From assembly GCF_009914755.1 (NCBI RefSeq), contig NC_060934.1: DNA of 64,000 nt. One strand, written 5' to 3'. The notes under the pieces are model-generated. The model was not told the DNA's origin and searched no databases. It worked only from the letters and a program-made list of their open reading frames with translations. The DNA is from the human T2T-CHM13v2.0 reference genome, Homo sapiens. A program made the translations under genes and the position numbers. Of this stretch, positions 16,066-29,800 are shown one piece after another (position 1 is the stretch's first letter; the number at the start of each line of letters is the position of its first letter).

Positions 16066-16344
16066 CAAACTCTGTATCCCCGCTTTGGTCTTATTTTTTA
16101 TATGAGGGTAAGTTATCTTGATGTTTGCCTCACTGGTAATATCAGAGGGATTTGTTAAGTACGGGAAGTTTGGTTATAAACTAACTTTGGACATTCAAAG
16201 CCATGTTCATATAATAATGCAAATGTTACTTTATCATGATTTCTTCTTCTTAACAAGATAACTTTTCTTATTGTTTCCCCAACTATAATTGACTGCTACA
16301 CTTGCGATTAGCTTTGGTCAAGATGCATTCTTTACAATGCCTAG

Positions 16345-16500
16345 AGGGTATGGTGGATAGGATTATCTCCATTTTACAGGTAAGGGAGATGAGGCTGAGA
16401 AACTGAGGCCAAGAAGAGTTCAGTATCTTGCATAGAATTTCATGGCTCAGAATAGTAGAGCCCAAGTAATATACCAATCTCCTGTCCAGAGCTTTTCACT
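16345..16500 (-). mobile_element. MIR SINE
   Basis: attatctccattttacagg...gaaactgaggccaagaagagtt. Confidence 0.6.
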
Positions 16501-17399
16501 TTGCAGAATTCCCAACAACATGAACTAACTCAAATGGAGGCATAAGGATGAAATTCACATAGGCACATTTAAATCCCAGATCTCATGGAAAAAGTGAATG
16601 GCATTAATTAGACCTACCAATTGAACAACTAAAAAGAAAATAAGACAATCATCTTCTGAGCAAAATCACAAGAAAAACCCAAGTCTTTCAAAATCTTACC
16701 AAGGGTCAGTTTTTAGAAGACAATGGTTCCTTTCGTACGTGAGCCATTTGGTGTAGGGAACTCAGTCTATCTCGATTCTTTAGATTCATTGGGTTTTCCT
16801 TCTTTCCTTCTCTAAGCAGTCATTAGGCATCTGCTAAGAGTAAGGCACATGAAATGCTTTTATTAAGGAGAATGTTTGGCCTTCAAAAGATTAATATCAC
16901 AGAGATGGAAACCAGGCCTGTCGCTGAGGTTTGGCGACTGCTACGTCAAAGCCCCAGATCTGGCTAACCTCAAACTGGTCTCTTAATTAAAGAGTAAAAT
17001 TTAAGGAGAGCTCATGTAATTCTTTGGAGGTTTAAGATAAGATTTTGTTGACTGGATACAGTAATCTATTTGGGGAGGGGGGAGCTGAAAAGATTCTTTT
17101 CACTTTTATGTAAGATATGTGTTAGTCTTGGCTCTAAAAGAGCAATTTTAATCCAAGATCCTCAAGGAACTCTTCACAGATTAATTCATTTTGGAGAAAC
17201 ATAACTTCATTGCTTCCATTCCACAGATATTTAAAAGGGTCCTGGAGGACCCATTTTTTGTCTGTTTTGCTCCCAGTGGATACCCCTCTGTTTAATTTGG
17301 AAGAATAGCAACCACAATTTATGCCAATAGCATGCATTTCAAATGTTAGTGCTGTATCTACCTCAGAGAGGTATCTGAGTAATAGCTGGGCCCAGTGTC

Positions 17400-18205
17400 T
17401 TCATCTGACCATCCACCACCCATTCATGTATCCATCACCCATCCAACCACCATCTGTCTAACCATCCACCATCCACCATCCATCCATCCATCCATCCATC
17501 CATCCATCCATCCATCATCCACCCACCACCCATTCATACACCTATTCGTCATCGATCCACTATCCATCCACCCATCTCCCATCTATCCATTCATCTACCA
17601 TCTACATCCATCCACCCCCCATCCAACACCATTTATCTACCCAATTACCATCCACCACCCATCCATCCGTCCATCCATCTACCATCCACTCATTCATTCA
17701 TCTGTCCATCATTCATCCATCCACCACCCATCTACCATCGATCCATTCATCTACCATCCACATCCACCCACCACCCATCCAACCATCTATCTACCCAATT
17801 ATCGTCCACCACCAATCCATCCACCCATCCATCCATCTACCATCCACCATCCATCACCCATTCATCCATCTGTTCATCATTCATCCACTCACATCTATCC
17901 TCCCATTTACCATCCATCCATTCATCTATCATCCATTCACCACCCATCCATCTACCACCCATCCCTCCATCTATTCATTCATCTATCATCCATCCATTCA
18001 TCTATCCACCCATCTACCATCCATCCATTCATCTACTATCCAATCATCCATTCACCACACATCCATCCATAACCATCTATCCACCTACCATTCATCCATT
18101 TATTCATCCATCCATCTACCACCATCCATCCACCCATATACCATCCATCCATTTATCTATTATCATTCATCCATCCACCACCCATCCATCCATTCATCAA
18201 TCCAT
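17400..18205. repeat. Degenerate (CCAT)n/(ATGG)n simple repeat, ~800 bp
   Basis: Continuous ccat/ccac/tcat/ctat units; almost no G on the + strand. Confidence 0.97.
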
Positions 18206-19190
18206 CTGTTGCTGTTGTTATTACTATTTGTATTTATCGATAAAGTAACTCAGCCCCAGAAAAGGTAAGTGATCCACCTATAGGTTTAGGATAAATAAAT
18301 CAGGAGTTAGAGAATCTATTTCTTTGATTGTTTGCTTCTCTTTCCCAGAAAGTGAAGGAGGAGAGCCAGAGGTAGGAAGTGGGAGATAATTTTCAGAGGC
18401 CTAAATTATTTTGATTTAATTTTGGTCTAAGAGCTGAGTTCTGGGAGTGGGTTTGTTTGTTTATTTTTGCTTTAATTTGTATATCAATTCTAAAGCCTCC
18501 AAAATAAAGTTGACAAGACTACATTTCCCAATTTACCTATTTGTTTGATCAACTACATCACAAGACCCCCATGGGCAAAGATGATGTTATTTCTGTCTAA
18601 AATCCCAGTGCCATAAGTCTGGCACCCTGGGTCCTTGAGGTGGCTGAGATGCGAAACAGGTGATAATGTTAAGAAGAAAAGAGCCCCAGATGCCGGTCAC
18701 AGTCTCTTCTCAGGAAAGGGGAGCCCCAGTGAGAACATTACCCAGAGCAGGATGCGGGGGGGCAGGTTACTTAGTTCAGTATCTGGGCAGCCAGGTGAAG
18801 AGCATCAGTCCCTGTAGAAGAGGACTGTGCTTCTCCATCTCTAGGGGCCCAGCCTCCAGGACACACAGCTCAGCCCTGAACAGAAGCTGAAGATTCAAGG
18901 TAAGATGAAGCAAAAGGAGCTGGGACAGGCTGAGGAACGCTTTCCCCTAAGTCACTTCCATTCAACTTGAACCCTCGCATTGACTGAGCACCTGGAACAG
19001 ACAAAGCACCAGGCCAGGCATATTGTGGGCCTTGACCTGTGCATTATAGGAGAGAAGACTTCGGGAGGAGAATCCAGGCCCTGCCACATACTCTCTCAGT
19101 CCCCTTCCCTGCACAGATCTGGCAGCTCTCTACTTCCTCTTGGGTTCCTCCCTACCTCGGTTTGTCCGACTTTTAAAGTCAGCAACACAG

Positions 19191-19644
<454 letters not shown>

Positions 19645-19776
19645 TCACTGGATACTGGAAAGGAACAATCTGGGAAGAACTGCCCTAATAATAGGTAGTC
19701 TATTCTCTTCTCTATCTACTAAACTTTCTTTTAGGTGTATTTAGATTATTTATTATGTATTTAAGTAGCAGCGAGA

Positions 19777-21139
19777 TGTGTGCCAGGGTTGACAATACCG
19801 ACCCTTGTGGAATGATTTTTACATGAATTCCCTTTGTCAAGATGCTCTCAGTCTGTACCCAGGGTGGTTTTTTCACCCCCTCCCCCAACTGTCCAACTCC
19901 CCCCAGGGTGTTATATGTGGGAAGTTCACTGTATCTGTTCCTGGAAGGACACGGTTGAAATTTCATTCACTGCCTTACACAGTGTCCCCCTCCTGAGACC
20001 CATGGTGGGAATTTCTCTCCCTGCTGGGGAGAGATGTGACTTCCTTTGCCTGGGCTATTAGAAAGGTGGGTCCCCTTTGGGGTTGTCTTGTAGCAAGTAT
20101 GGATCCCTGGCACGTGGAGTAAACTCTTCCTGCTTCGTCTTATTTTCCTACCCGTATTTTCTGTAAGCTATTTAGACATATTAATAGGATGAAACTAAGC
20201 TATGTTTTGAGCCCTAAGTTACCCTAGTTGTGAGACTTGATGGGAGTGGAATGCTTTGCTTGTTTGCCCGTGAAAGCCTCTCAAAATTCCCTCTCTCGAA
20301 GGTAAATGGCTGGCTTCACAAACCTTTGTGCGGGCCCTTGCAGAAGGACACAGATGACAGCCACGGGCTCTTTTGAGGAGCTCTTGCAGCTTTTCTGTGC
20401 GGGCAGAAGGAAGTTATTTGAGAGAAGCAGCAAGACCACCATGCCCAATAGGAGCCTTCCATCGGGGGCTGAAGTGGAAGAGTAACTTATTCAGGGTGCA
20501 GTGGGATAATGTTGTGAACTAACCAAACATTTAGTCCCTCATCTGTCCTTGTAATTGACAGTGGATAGACAGCCAGAAAAGAAGTCAGGAGTATTCATAG
20601 ATTTTGGGGATTCAACCAAGGGAGGTCCCATGTGTTGCTCTCTCTGGGCCAAAGCCTCCGGTAGGGGGAAAAAAGTTCTGGGGAAATCAATCAACAGAGG
20701 AATCCTGGGTCTCCCACTCCTCGGCCCAGCTCTGGGCGGTAACAAGATCCCCGGACAGAAATGGCTGCTCAGGCCCTGAGTCGCATCAGGGTTTATCCAG
20801 CCTCTCAGGGGTCCCATGGCCATAACCCAAGCTGGCTCTGAAAACAGGGGAGAGAGAGCTTGGCTGAGGAACCCTGGAGAGTGGTAGCTATCTGTGCAGA
20901 CTGAGGCCTGAGGCTGCATTCAGCTCTTAGAGGATGCTGACATGGACTGACAATGTCCCCAGGACCAGACCTGCCCACTCTCCTCGTCCCCACCACCTTG
21001 GCTTACAGATGCCAACTCTCCCCCACTCAAGGAAAGGAAGTGACTCTGAATTGCTTGGGATAAATATGCCTCCAAATGGGGGGCTCAAAACAGACAATGA
21101 ATGCAGTTTTAGAATAAATATGTGACATTTCTTTCACAC
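19777..21139 (+). mobile_element. Possible ancient long LTR (family uncertain)
   Basis: Begins TG, ends ...aataaatatgtgacatttctttcaCA with a polyA-like signal near the end; family not confirmed. Confidence 0.3.
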
Positions 21140-21317
21140 TTGGCTGTGTGGGTTGAGGTGAGTGCTTGTTGGGTGTAATGATGCCACCAATGACCACAAT
21201 GCAGATGATAAGAGCTCACATTCATTGAGCATTTGTCATGTCTGCTTCTCTGCTAAGCACTTTATATGAACAAACTCAAAATTCTTACAACAGAGAGATA
21301 CTATGAAATCTCTCTCT

Positions 21318-21599
21318 TTTTTTTTTTTAAGAAAGTTACTTGCTCTGTCTCCCAGGCTGGAGTGCAGTAGCATGATCAAAGCTCACTGCATCCTCAACTT
21401 CCCAGGCTCAAGTAATCCTCCTATCTCAGCTTCCTGAGTAGCTGGGACCACAGGCATGCAGTACTATGCTTGCTAATTTTTTATATTTTTGGTAGAGATG
21501 GGATCTCACTACGTTGCCCTGGCTAGACTTGAACTCCTAGGTTCAAGTGATCTTCCTGCTTCTGCCTCCCAAAATGCTGGGATTATAGATATGAGCCAA
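21318..21599 (-). mobile_element. AluJ inserted in a MIR
   Basis: Antisense Alu; MIR-like flanks (21210-21310, 21600-21670). Confidence 0.92.
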
Positions 21600-22839
21600 C
21601 CCAGAGGCACAGAAAAGTTAAGTTAACTTGCTGAAGCTCAGGTAGGAGGATGTAGGATTTGAACTAAATGATCTCAATGATCCTTAGGAACACACTTCAT
21701 GTTTTACAAACCAATTGGTCAACAGTTCTTTCTTATTCTCAAACTAAAGTCCTCATGTGGGAGTTTAAACCATTCCTTCTTGTCTTGTTCCTAACACAAA
21801 GAGCCGGCAGTTAACTCCTGTGATTCCTATCTTTTCTCCATTTCCCTTTCCTCTTTCTCAAGCCAGCATGACCCAGTTGCCTTAGCCTCTCCTCGGAGTA
21901 GCTGTGACCTGAGGCTTTTCTTATTTCACTTCTTCTGATTTGCCCTTTGCTTTAGTATTTGGGCGTGAATTGCACCCGAGGTCAGTAGGTGATGAGTTTT
22001 CTAGGAAGAACGGTATCTCTATGATTCACAAATTAATGCGCTCTGGTGCTGAATTTAACAATTGCTTTCAACAAGAAACAGCTCACTCCTATGATCTCCC
22101 ATGATCTCAGATCTGAGCTCGCTGTGCTTTTACAAAGATACTCTTGATAATCTTTTCTTCAAGTCCTCTGGGAAATCAGCTATTTGACCTTATGGAGACT
22201 GGCCTCACTGCCAGGCCTGTTCTTTGTCTATCTAAATTATGGTGGCAGAAAAGATAAAAATCCAAAGGCAAAAAAGTCATTTTTTCTCCCCCCGAAACAC
22301 TGAAATTCTTTGAGGCTTTCACTTCCTTCTGCTTTTTTGTGGATAATAATGAAAAATGGTTTCTGCTGCTGCTTTTATTGGCTTAGCATTTGGGGTCCTA
22401 AGAATGTAAATGTTTCCCCAAGGAAAAAAATACATTTGGGGGATTAACTGGGTAGTTTCTTTTATTTCAAAAAATTTTAATTATAAAAATAAGAAAGAAT
22501 CTGCTGAACCAAATGAAGTCGTGATCCCAAACAGGAAACAGAGAGACGAGACCACCATTCATCTGGGGTGGATCTTCTGGGATTCAGGGAGGTCACCTCT
22601 GGAGGTCTTCTTTCAGCTGGCTTGGCTTTACCACTCTATTTTAAGTCCAGGGACTGTCGCATTTGAACATATTTATATTTGGTCCAGGTCACATAATCCA
22701 TAAAACTGGTTTTGTTCGGCATTTTTTTTCCATTAACTGCCCATTCTCGCTCCCTAGTAATGCCAGCTTTTCCATGTGAAGTGTATTTAGTAAATGGCTT
22801 TTCCTCATCACCCGTTTTCTCCCTAAATCTCCTATAATC

Positions 22840-23530
22840 TGTAATTTACCCTCACCCCTCTACTGAAACTGTGCTCTTGGAAATCACAAGAACTTCCTTT
22901 AGGCCAACCAAAGAAACTTCTCCAGTATTCTTTTTCGTTGCTCTTCCCAAGACCCTTGGCCCTGTTAGCGCCTTCTCTCCTTCAGACCCCCGAGTGCCTG
23001 GGCTTCCTGCACTCCCTGTGGCCATGTCTTCTCTCGAGGGGGGTCCATTCTCTCTGGGGTGTTCTCCAAGGCTTGGCTCTTGTCTCTAGACTTAATTTTC
23101 TCCATGTTAATCTTGGCTTATTCTCCTATCTTCAGCTGTCAACATTATTTATGCAATTCCCCAGTCCACATCTCCCACACTGTCTCTCTCTCAGTTCCCA
23201 GCCAGTATTTCCATCACCTTCTGAACAATTCCACTTGTTAAATTTGCTTCAACCTGGCACCTGAAGCTCCACAGACCACCTGCCAAGATCAATTTCCTGC
23301 CTCCACGTTGACTCCCTCTCCTGACGTCTGTCCCCATGGAGCTATCATTTCATCTCTGAATTACTCACACTGGCGAACTCAGAGTCATCTTTGCCCTCTT
23401 TTCCTGAACTTCAAGGTCCAAAGGAACAGGGGTAGTGTCCACCGCTCTCAACCACCATCTCCACAGGGCCTGGCCCAGGGCTTGTCGCATACTAAGAATG
23501 CAATACGTGTATGCTGGATGAACGAGTGAA
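22840..23530 (+). mobile_element. L2 fragments
   Basis: Pyrimidine-rich L2-like body; 3' end ...gggcctggcccagggcttgtcgcatactaagaatgcaatacgtgtatgctggatgaacga. Confidence 0.55.
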
Positions 23531-23624
23531 GGTTCTCTTTCGTTACCCGCATTCCCTCAGGCATAAAGTTCATGAATCCATCAGCCAGTCTACACGTATA
23601 TGTTTGGGGAGGCTGTAAAGGGAA

Positions 23625-23845
23625 CTGACTGAGAATGGAGCTTCTTGAGTCAGACTGCCTGGGTTTGGATCTTGGTTCAGCAGCTTCCTACCTGCGTGAC
23701 CTGGAGTATGTTACTTAACCTCTTGATACTTAAGTTCTTGCTCTGTAAAGTGAGAAAATAATAATACTTATCTGGGTGCGTTGGTTTGAGGATTAAATGA
23801 GATGATCTCTATAAAATGGATATATTAAGTGTTCAGTAAATCATG
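23625..23845 (+). mobile_element. MIR SINE
   Basis: gagtcagactgcctgggttt...gtgacctgg..atgttacttaacctct...ctgtaaagtgag...gaggattaaatgagat. Confidence 0.8.
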
Positions 23846-25995
23846 GTTGCTGCTGCTGCACATGGTGGCAGGGGAGAGGCATGGGCTGGCCTGGTGACCA
23901 GTGACATCTGGAAGCCCTTGAGATGCTATCAGGACATCTTGTCAGGGCTTCAGGACAAGCAATAACAACAGAAGGCCAAGGTTCAAGGTGTGTTTGGGGT
24001 GGAGGGTTGAGAGCTCTGATGGGGATGAAAAATAGCAGGAGAGAAGGCAGACTGAAACTGACCTCGTAGGGAAATGGTTCAAACTGTGCTCCCTAAGGCC
24101 ATGGGGTTTTCTTCAACGGGTCTCTAAGGCTACTCGGGTGGGGCTGAGGTAGGGTGGGTGAAGGACTGGAAACCAAAGTGTGCAGGGTGGGCCGATTGGA
24201 GCGGGAGGATTGCCGGGATGTGTTTAGAGGCAAGTATAGTGGCTCTCCTGTGATCTGCTCCGCATCTCGGGTTTCTGTGTGAGATCTCCTTTGAAGCAAG
24301 AGTTCTGCTGCTTTATCAAAGCATGAGCATTGTCGTGTGGGCCTTGAAGGCAAGCTGAGGCATATGAGCTTTCTACGGCCAGCAGCGGGGAAGCCGGGGG
24401 TGGGGGCAGATCCTGATGGAAGAGTAACAAGACTAAAGTGACGCTTTGTTAGAACCATTCTTCCGATAATTCATTTGCCTGGAATGAGGAGCAAACACAT
24501 TTGCCAGGCAGGAAGGGCCACTACGAGATGGATCCCCTCTACTGTCCCTCTCCCTTGCTAAGCCTCCTCATGGCCGGCAGCGTGTCTCTGCTCTCCCAAT
24601 GTCCTGCCTGAACCATGGCAGCAGGCCCCTAACCCTCTGCTGTGAAACTCTGGCCCCTCCATGGGGGTCAGCTCTCCAAAATCTTGTCATTCCATCCCAC
24701 TTGCCAAAACGTCTAGCGGTTCATTTTTGATTGTGGGATTATGAACCACACTCTTTTGCTTAGCATTCAAGGCCCCATTATGAAGACAATCTGCCTTCCT
24801 AGTCCCATCTGCTACCGGTCTCACATCTGTTCCCAGCTGGTGAAACCTTCTTACAGGACTCGGTACTCCCAACACAGTGCCTCTATTTTCTCCTGTACAT
24901 TTCATGCCATCCTCGGGTCCTAGGATGCATCCTCTCCCCCACCACACACACACCTGTACTTAGTTTACTATCCTAGTGGACTTCACACACTCCGCAAGCC
25001 TTTTTTGACCATGTTTGGTTACATCTGTCTCTTTCCATAGGAATGCTCCAAGGAACCCTGCCACATAAATACTTATCCTGGCACTAATCAATATTTTTTT
25101 TAGTTGTGTCACCTAACATAGCGCTGAGCTCACTGCACATCCACAAACCCAAATAATGTTAATGTAGCTGTACTGGGAACATTTCAGATGTCTTTCCTCC
25201 CAAACTGGAGCACCCACTTAGGCCATCCTTCAAGGCCAGAGGCCACTGGTGACCTGCCCAGTCCATTCCCTCAGCGCCTGGTCTCCCCAGACCAGCCTGT
25301 GACCAACCCATGAGGTCACAGGACAGGAACAATACAAGGGCTTTGTGTAGATGCTTGTGTTTTCAGAAGTGGCTCGAGTCCAGCCGGCATTCCTTCTTGA
25401 CTGGGACTTTTTAAGAAATGTTTTCCCGACAAATGTCAGCAGGATTGAGATCCACCACACGGTTTATTAAAGGAACAAAAGCTTTGCCCTGACAGCCCCA
25501 GCAGCAATCTCGGTTTCCCCTGGGGACAGTCGGCCTGCGTGTTCCAGTCGGAAGCCAGAAGGAGATGGCCTGACATGGCTGTAAATGACTTCTCCTAACC
25601 ACAGGCAAGAAGGACAAGAGGAATTTCGGGACCTGCGGTAGAGTCAAAGCGCTTCCTGTTCCTCCCTTAGCCCAGGCCCCACTTGCCAGCCCCAAACAGC
25701 ACTGCCACCAAGGCGTGGCTCTTCTCACAGATGCCACATCATCTATAAAAAGCCTTCTCTGCCTTGCAGGTGCTAATGTTCTAGGGAGAGACAGACACTT
25801 TACAACCCGTTTCATGAGCTTCCTCTTGCAAGACGCAGGAACCACGGCACAGATGGCTTCGTTGCCATTGACAAATCATCCTCAGGGACCTTTCACAGCA
25901 TTGCTAGGTATTAACATAAGACACACCAGGAATTACATGCATCAAGTCCCAGTCCTCAGGGAGCTTCAAGTTTAAGCAGAGGAATGAGATCGGCC

Positions 25996-25996
<1 letters not shown>

Positions 25997-26036
<40 letters not shown>

Positions 26037-26060
26037 TAAAAAATAATAATAAATAAATAA
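25997..26060. repeat. (AAT)n microsatellite / A-rich tract
   Basis: About 12 aat units followed by an A-rich tail. Confidence 0.95.
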
Positions 26061-27344
26061 GTTATGTTTTCAGCTAGCTCAGGCTAGAGGCCAGTGCAAT
26101 TCAGGGAGACAGTGTTTGTTGTAGGAGCTGAAGACTGGCAGATGTATGTGGCTGGCTTATCAGCAAAAGGTCCAGGAGCCAGGATGGGAAGAACTTGAGC
26201 TTGATCTTAAGGAATGATCCATCCACGGATCAGCTAGGGAGGAGAGGAGTCCTGACTGAAATCAAGACACCATGCCCAGAATTAGGACCATGACCTAACT
26301 GGCTTCTAGACTTCATGGATTTCTTCTGTGGGTGTCTAGAGAACTTCCTTTGGCTTTAAGCAACCTTGCTGTGAGGTGCCAGGATTACAGAAGATGGGAT
26401 CTGAGTGGTCCCATCTGATGATGCCACAGAAAGGATCCAGGCTGATTCTGGTCTCAACACATACCTTTGGTTTCTGGCCACAGTCAACCATGCTATGGGG
26501 TTACCCAGAAGTCAAAGGTCAGGTCCTGTGAATAAGCATCCAAACCTTGAGTTAAGATGGGACTACTGTCACCTCAGCTGTTCACAAGGTAGGACAGGAG
26601 ACAAGATGGGAAAAGCCACCAGGCTAACCAATAGCAGCCTTCCCTCCTGATTCACCATCACAGCAGGAATCACCTAGATTTGGAAGCAGCCATTCCTTCC
26701 AAGAGCCCTGCTTCCTTCTACTAGGCCTGTTGATTATATTTTAAGACAGAAAGTACGAGTCTCTTTATGTCCATCAGCCTGGACCTGAAAGGTGACATCT
26801 ATGTCTACACCCCCACTCCAAAGCCTCCTACACAGTGGCTGGCTCCACTTCATCTCAAAGGTCTGGAATGGATGATGTTCTGTGGTCCCTTTATAAAGCC
26901 TCTTGCATCCCAAATGTGTAAATTATTTTATTCTTGGTATTTCTCGCTTACCCATAGTCACCTGTCAAGTGTTCCACCCTGTCGAATGCAGGGAAAAACT
27001 CAATTCATATATAATGCCCAGTCCCAAACTTCACTCGCGGTTTCCAACATCTTCCTTGTAAAATCTTTGTCTGAAGCCATCACAAAATGGTAACATTGCT
27101 TGATTTCCACATTATCTTTCTGTCTTCAATTAATGAGTTGGCTGACCTCGAGCTAGGCAATTTGGCATTCACTCTTTCCAGTTGTGTAATGAGGGTGGTG
27201 CTCTTCTGGGGGCTTGGCAATCTCTTCCAGGACTCACATTGTGAGATTCTCTCCAGAGAAGAGACTTGTGTGATGCTTTCTAGACACTCTATTCTCTTCT
27301 GCTATAAGCAGGGCGATTGCTGAGCAAGGGGCAGGAAGTACTTA

Positions 27345-27522
27345 GAGCTTTGCCCTAGACTTTGGAAAGACCTGGGTGAGAAGTCAGGCTGCACATCTTC
27401 GGCCCGCTCTGACCTCAGAAGGCTGCTTCTCTCATGGAAGGCAGTGGGAGCACCCAATGAGCTAATGCATGTGAAATACTTAGCACAGTGCTTGCCTCAG
27501 AGCATGCACCTACAATATGTTA
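27345..27522 (+). mobile_element. MIR SINE, degraded
   Basis: aatgagctaatgcatgtgaaatacttagcacagtgcttg...caatatgttag. Confidence 0.55.
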
Positions 27523-27740
27523 GTCCAAAGAAAACAAAAGGTCAAAGGTAAAAAGTAGGAAAAAAGGGAAGGGGGCTTAGGCCAACCCCAGACTATGTAC
27601 CAAGCCCCACTTCAGCAGACTCAGCATACATGTTGTTGTCTCATGGATAGAGACAAGATGGAGACCCAGACTTTATCTCAGCGATGCAATATCAGGAGAA
27701 AACAAGGCGAATGTCAGCATTCTTATCAAAAGATAATTTT

Positions 27741-28040
27741 GGCCAGGTGCGATGTCTCTTGCCTGTAATCCTAGCACTTTGGCTGACATGGGAGGGTTGC
27801 TTGAGCTCAGAAGTTCAAGGCAAGCCTGGGCAACATAGTGAGACCCCTTCTCAACAAAAAATGAAAAAATTAACTGGGCATTGTGACTCATGCCTGCAGT
27901 CCCAGCTACTTGGGAGGCTGAGGCAGGAGAGTCAATGGAGCCCAGGAGTTCGAGGCTGCAGTGAGCTGTGATTGTGCCACTGCACTTCAGCTTAGGTGAC
28001 CGAGTGAGACCTTATCACTAAAAAAAAAAGGAATAAAAAA
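27741..28040 (+). mobile_element. AluJ
   Basis: ggagcccaggagttcgaggctgcagtgagctgtgattgtgccactgcac; A tail. Confidence 0.92.
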
Positions 28041-29639
28041 GGAAACAAAGTCTGTCGTAAAGAGAACATGAACCAGAATTACGCTTTTCAAATACAGTCA
28101 CAGCTGCCAGCAGTGGCACGCATTCACCAGTGTGCAGGGAAGTCCCAGACCCTTCAGGACTGACTTAGTAAGAAGCCTACATCTCTTAGTGGCCTGAGAA
28201 CAGCTGAGGGATGAATGTGGCCCATTGCTTAGATAAGGAGTGGACAGGAGACAGATGGGTGTGGGAAGAAGTCATACAATAAACCTTGTACTTTTCTGTA
28301 AGGAGAGAACTTGAATGGTAACGAGAATGTTATCAATTCCTTTTTCTCCAAGGCAGAGGAGGACCCATTTGTAAAATACTTTATCTTAATGTTCCCTCAA
28401 AGTTCTGGCTCTGAGGTCACTTCCATGTTCACTGTTTAGTATTTTTTTTTAATGAAGAACATTTGTATTAGTGTCTCAAGTGCAGGGAATTTCTGATCAA
28501 CCCAGTGATGACTGAAAGCTGGACTGAACAGCCCTCCGTTGCAGCGAGCCCACGGCTGTCTGGCTCCAGAAGGGGCTTACCTTGAACGTGGCCAGCAACT
28601 GCGGGGGAGAAAGTCAGGCTCACAAATCTCATCTTAGGTCATAGGCACATCTGTTTCCCACCAAGTGGGCTTGGCCTCAGGGTTTCTCTTTCAAAGTCTG
28701 CCCTTTCATTAGGGCTGCCCTTTTATTTTATGGGTGTTGGCTTGGCTTATCTGTGCGCAGCCTGTCTCCCAGGCACTGTTACTCCGCACACACATCGCAC
28801 TCTTATGAGGCTGTGTCCACGGTTGGGCAATGCCTGTGCTTTTTTTTTTTTCTCTTTTTTCTCAAGGGGATAGAAAAAAAGCACAAATAAATTACAGCCA
28901 TGAAGCCTTCAGTTGGATTTTCTTGTCCAACATGCTTTACAGCAAAAGAATGGAACACTCTGTTTTATCTTAGAAGCAATAAGTGGGAGAATGGGATTCT
29001 AGAGGACTTTAAAGGGAATCCAGTGACTTCTGACCATCCTGAGAAAAGGAAGCATTTTGCTTTGAAGTTTCAGGACACAGAAGGGGTCCTGAAACTGATG
29101 GGAATGTTGGAACCGAAGGGCTTGAGTCCGCCCTGAGACAGAGCAGCTGCTGGGCTGGGAAGTCTTGTTGTTGGGAACATTGGTTACGACTTCCATCTCG
29201 ATCTGCTACTTGCCTTGATGTAGTAGCTCCACGAGGAGTTGCTCTGATTTAAAGACAAAAATTAATCAAACATGGTGGGGAGATAGCCAGTCTAGTAACA
29301 AACTGAGAAGGCTAGAAGCCTCGTGATGTTCCCTAGAGTTTTCCTGAAAAAGAACCGTAGTAGAAAAAGAATGGCTCATCCCCCAGCTTGGTTCAAGGCC
29401 CCTGGGCTCTGTGCATTGTCAGGTGTCTACAGGAGTTTCTCTGAGGCCATCTCAGCAATTCAGATCCAGAAACTCCAGCATCTGCCTAGGAAGCCATTTT
29501 CTCTGCAAATGCACCAAGCCTGAGAGCTGGTCTTAGGAGCTTTTCTTGCACTCCATTGAGTTCAGAACCCACTTCTGGTCCTGTAAATTTCCACAGAATG
29601 TGATGTCATTGGAGAGGCATGTGCCTCTTATCCACCAAG

Positions 29640-29800
29640 ACTGGATCCAGGATTTCTGGGGCCAAACCTTATTCCACCTGAGAATCTGGAAAAGAATACT
29701 AAATTACAAGTGCGAAACCAGGGACAGGGCCCTGCACAGGAAAGAGGCTGTGCAGGGCAGAGGCCTTGAAACTTAAGCTCTTTTAACTTCACAGTAGTGA
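29640..29800. mobile_element. MER63-like hAT MITE
   Basis: Ends ctggatccaggattt... and gaaacttaagctcttttaacttcacagta, resembling MER63. Confidence 0.5.

Noticed and set aside
17395-18072. Longest ORF, 225 aa, His/Pro/Ser/Ile-rich
   Set aside because: Translation of the (CCAT)n repeat; the near G-free strand rarely forms stops and the start is GTG.
18330-18378. Mini-exon-like AG...GT pairs (18349-18371; also 35658-35677)
   Set aside because: Weak donors and lengths not divisible by three; expected background pseudoexons.
29729-29758. 11-bp perfect hairpin gccctgcacag/ctgtgcagggc
   Set aside because: Lies inside a MER63-like MITE, where internal symmetry is unsurprising.
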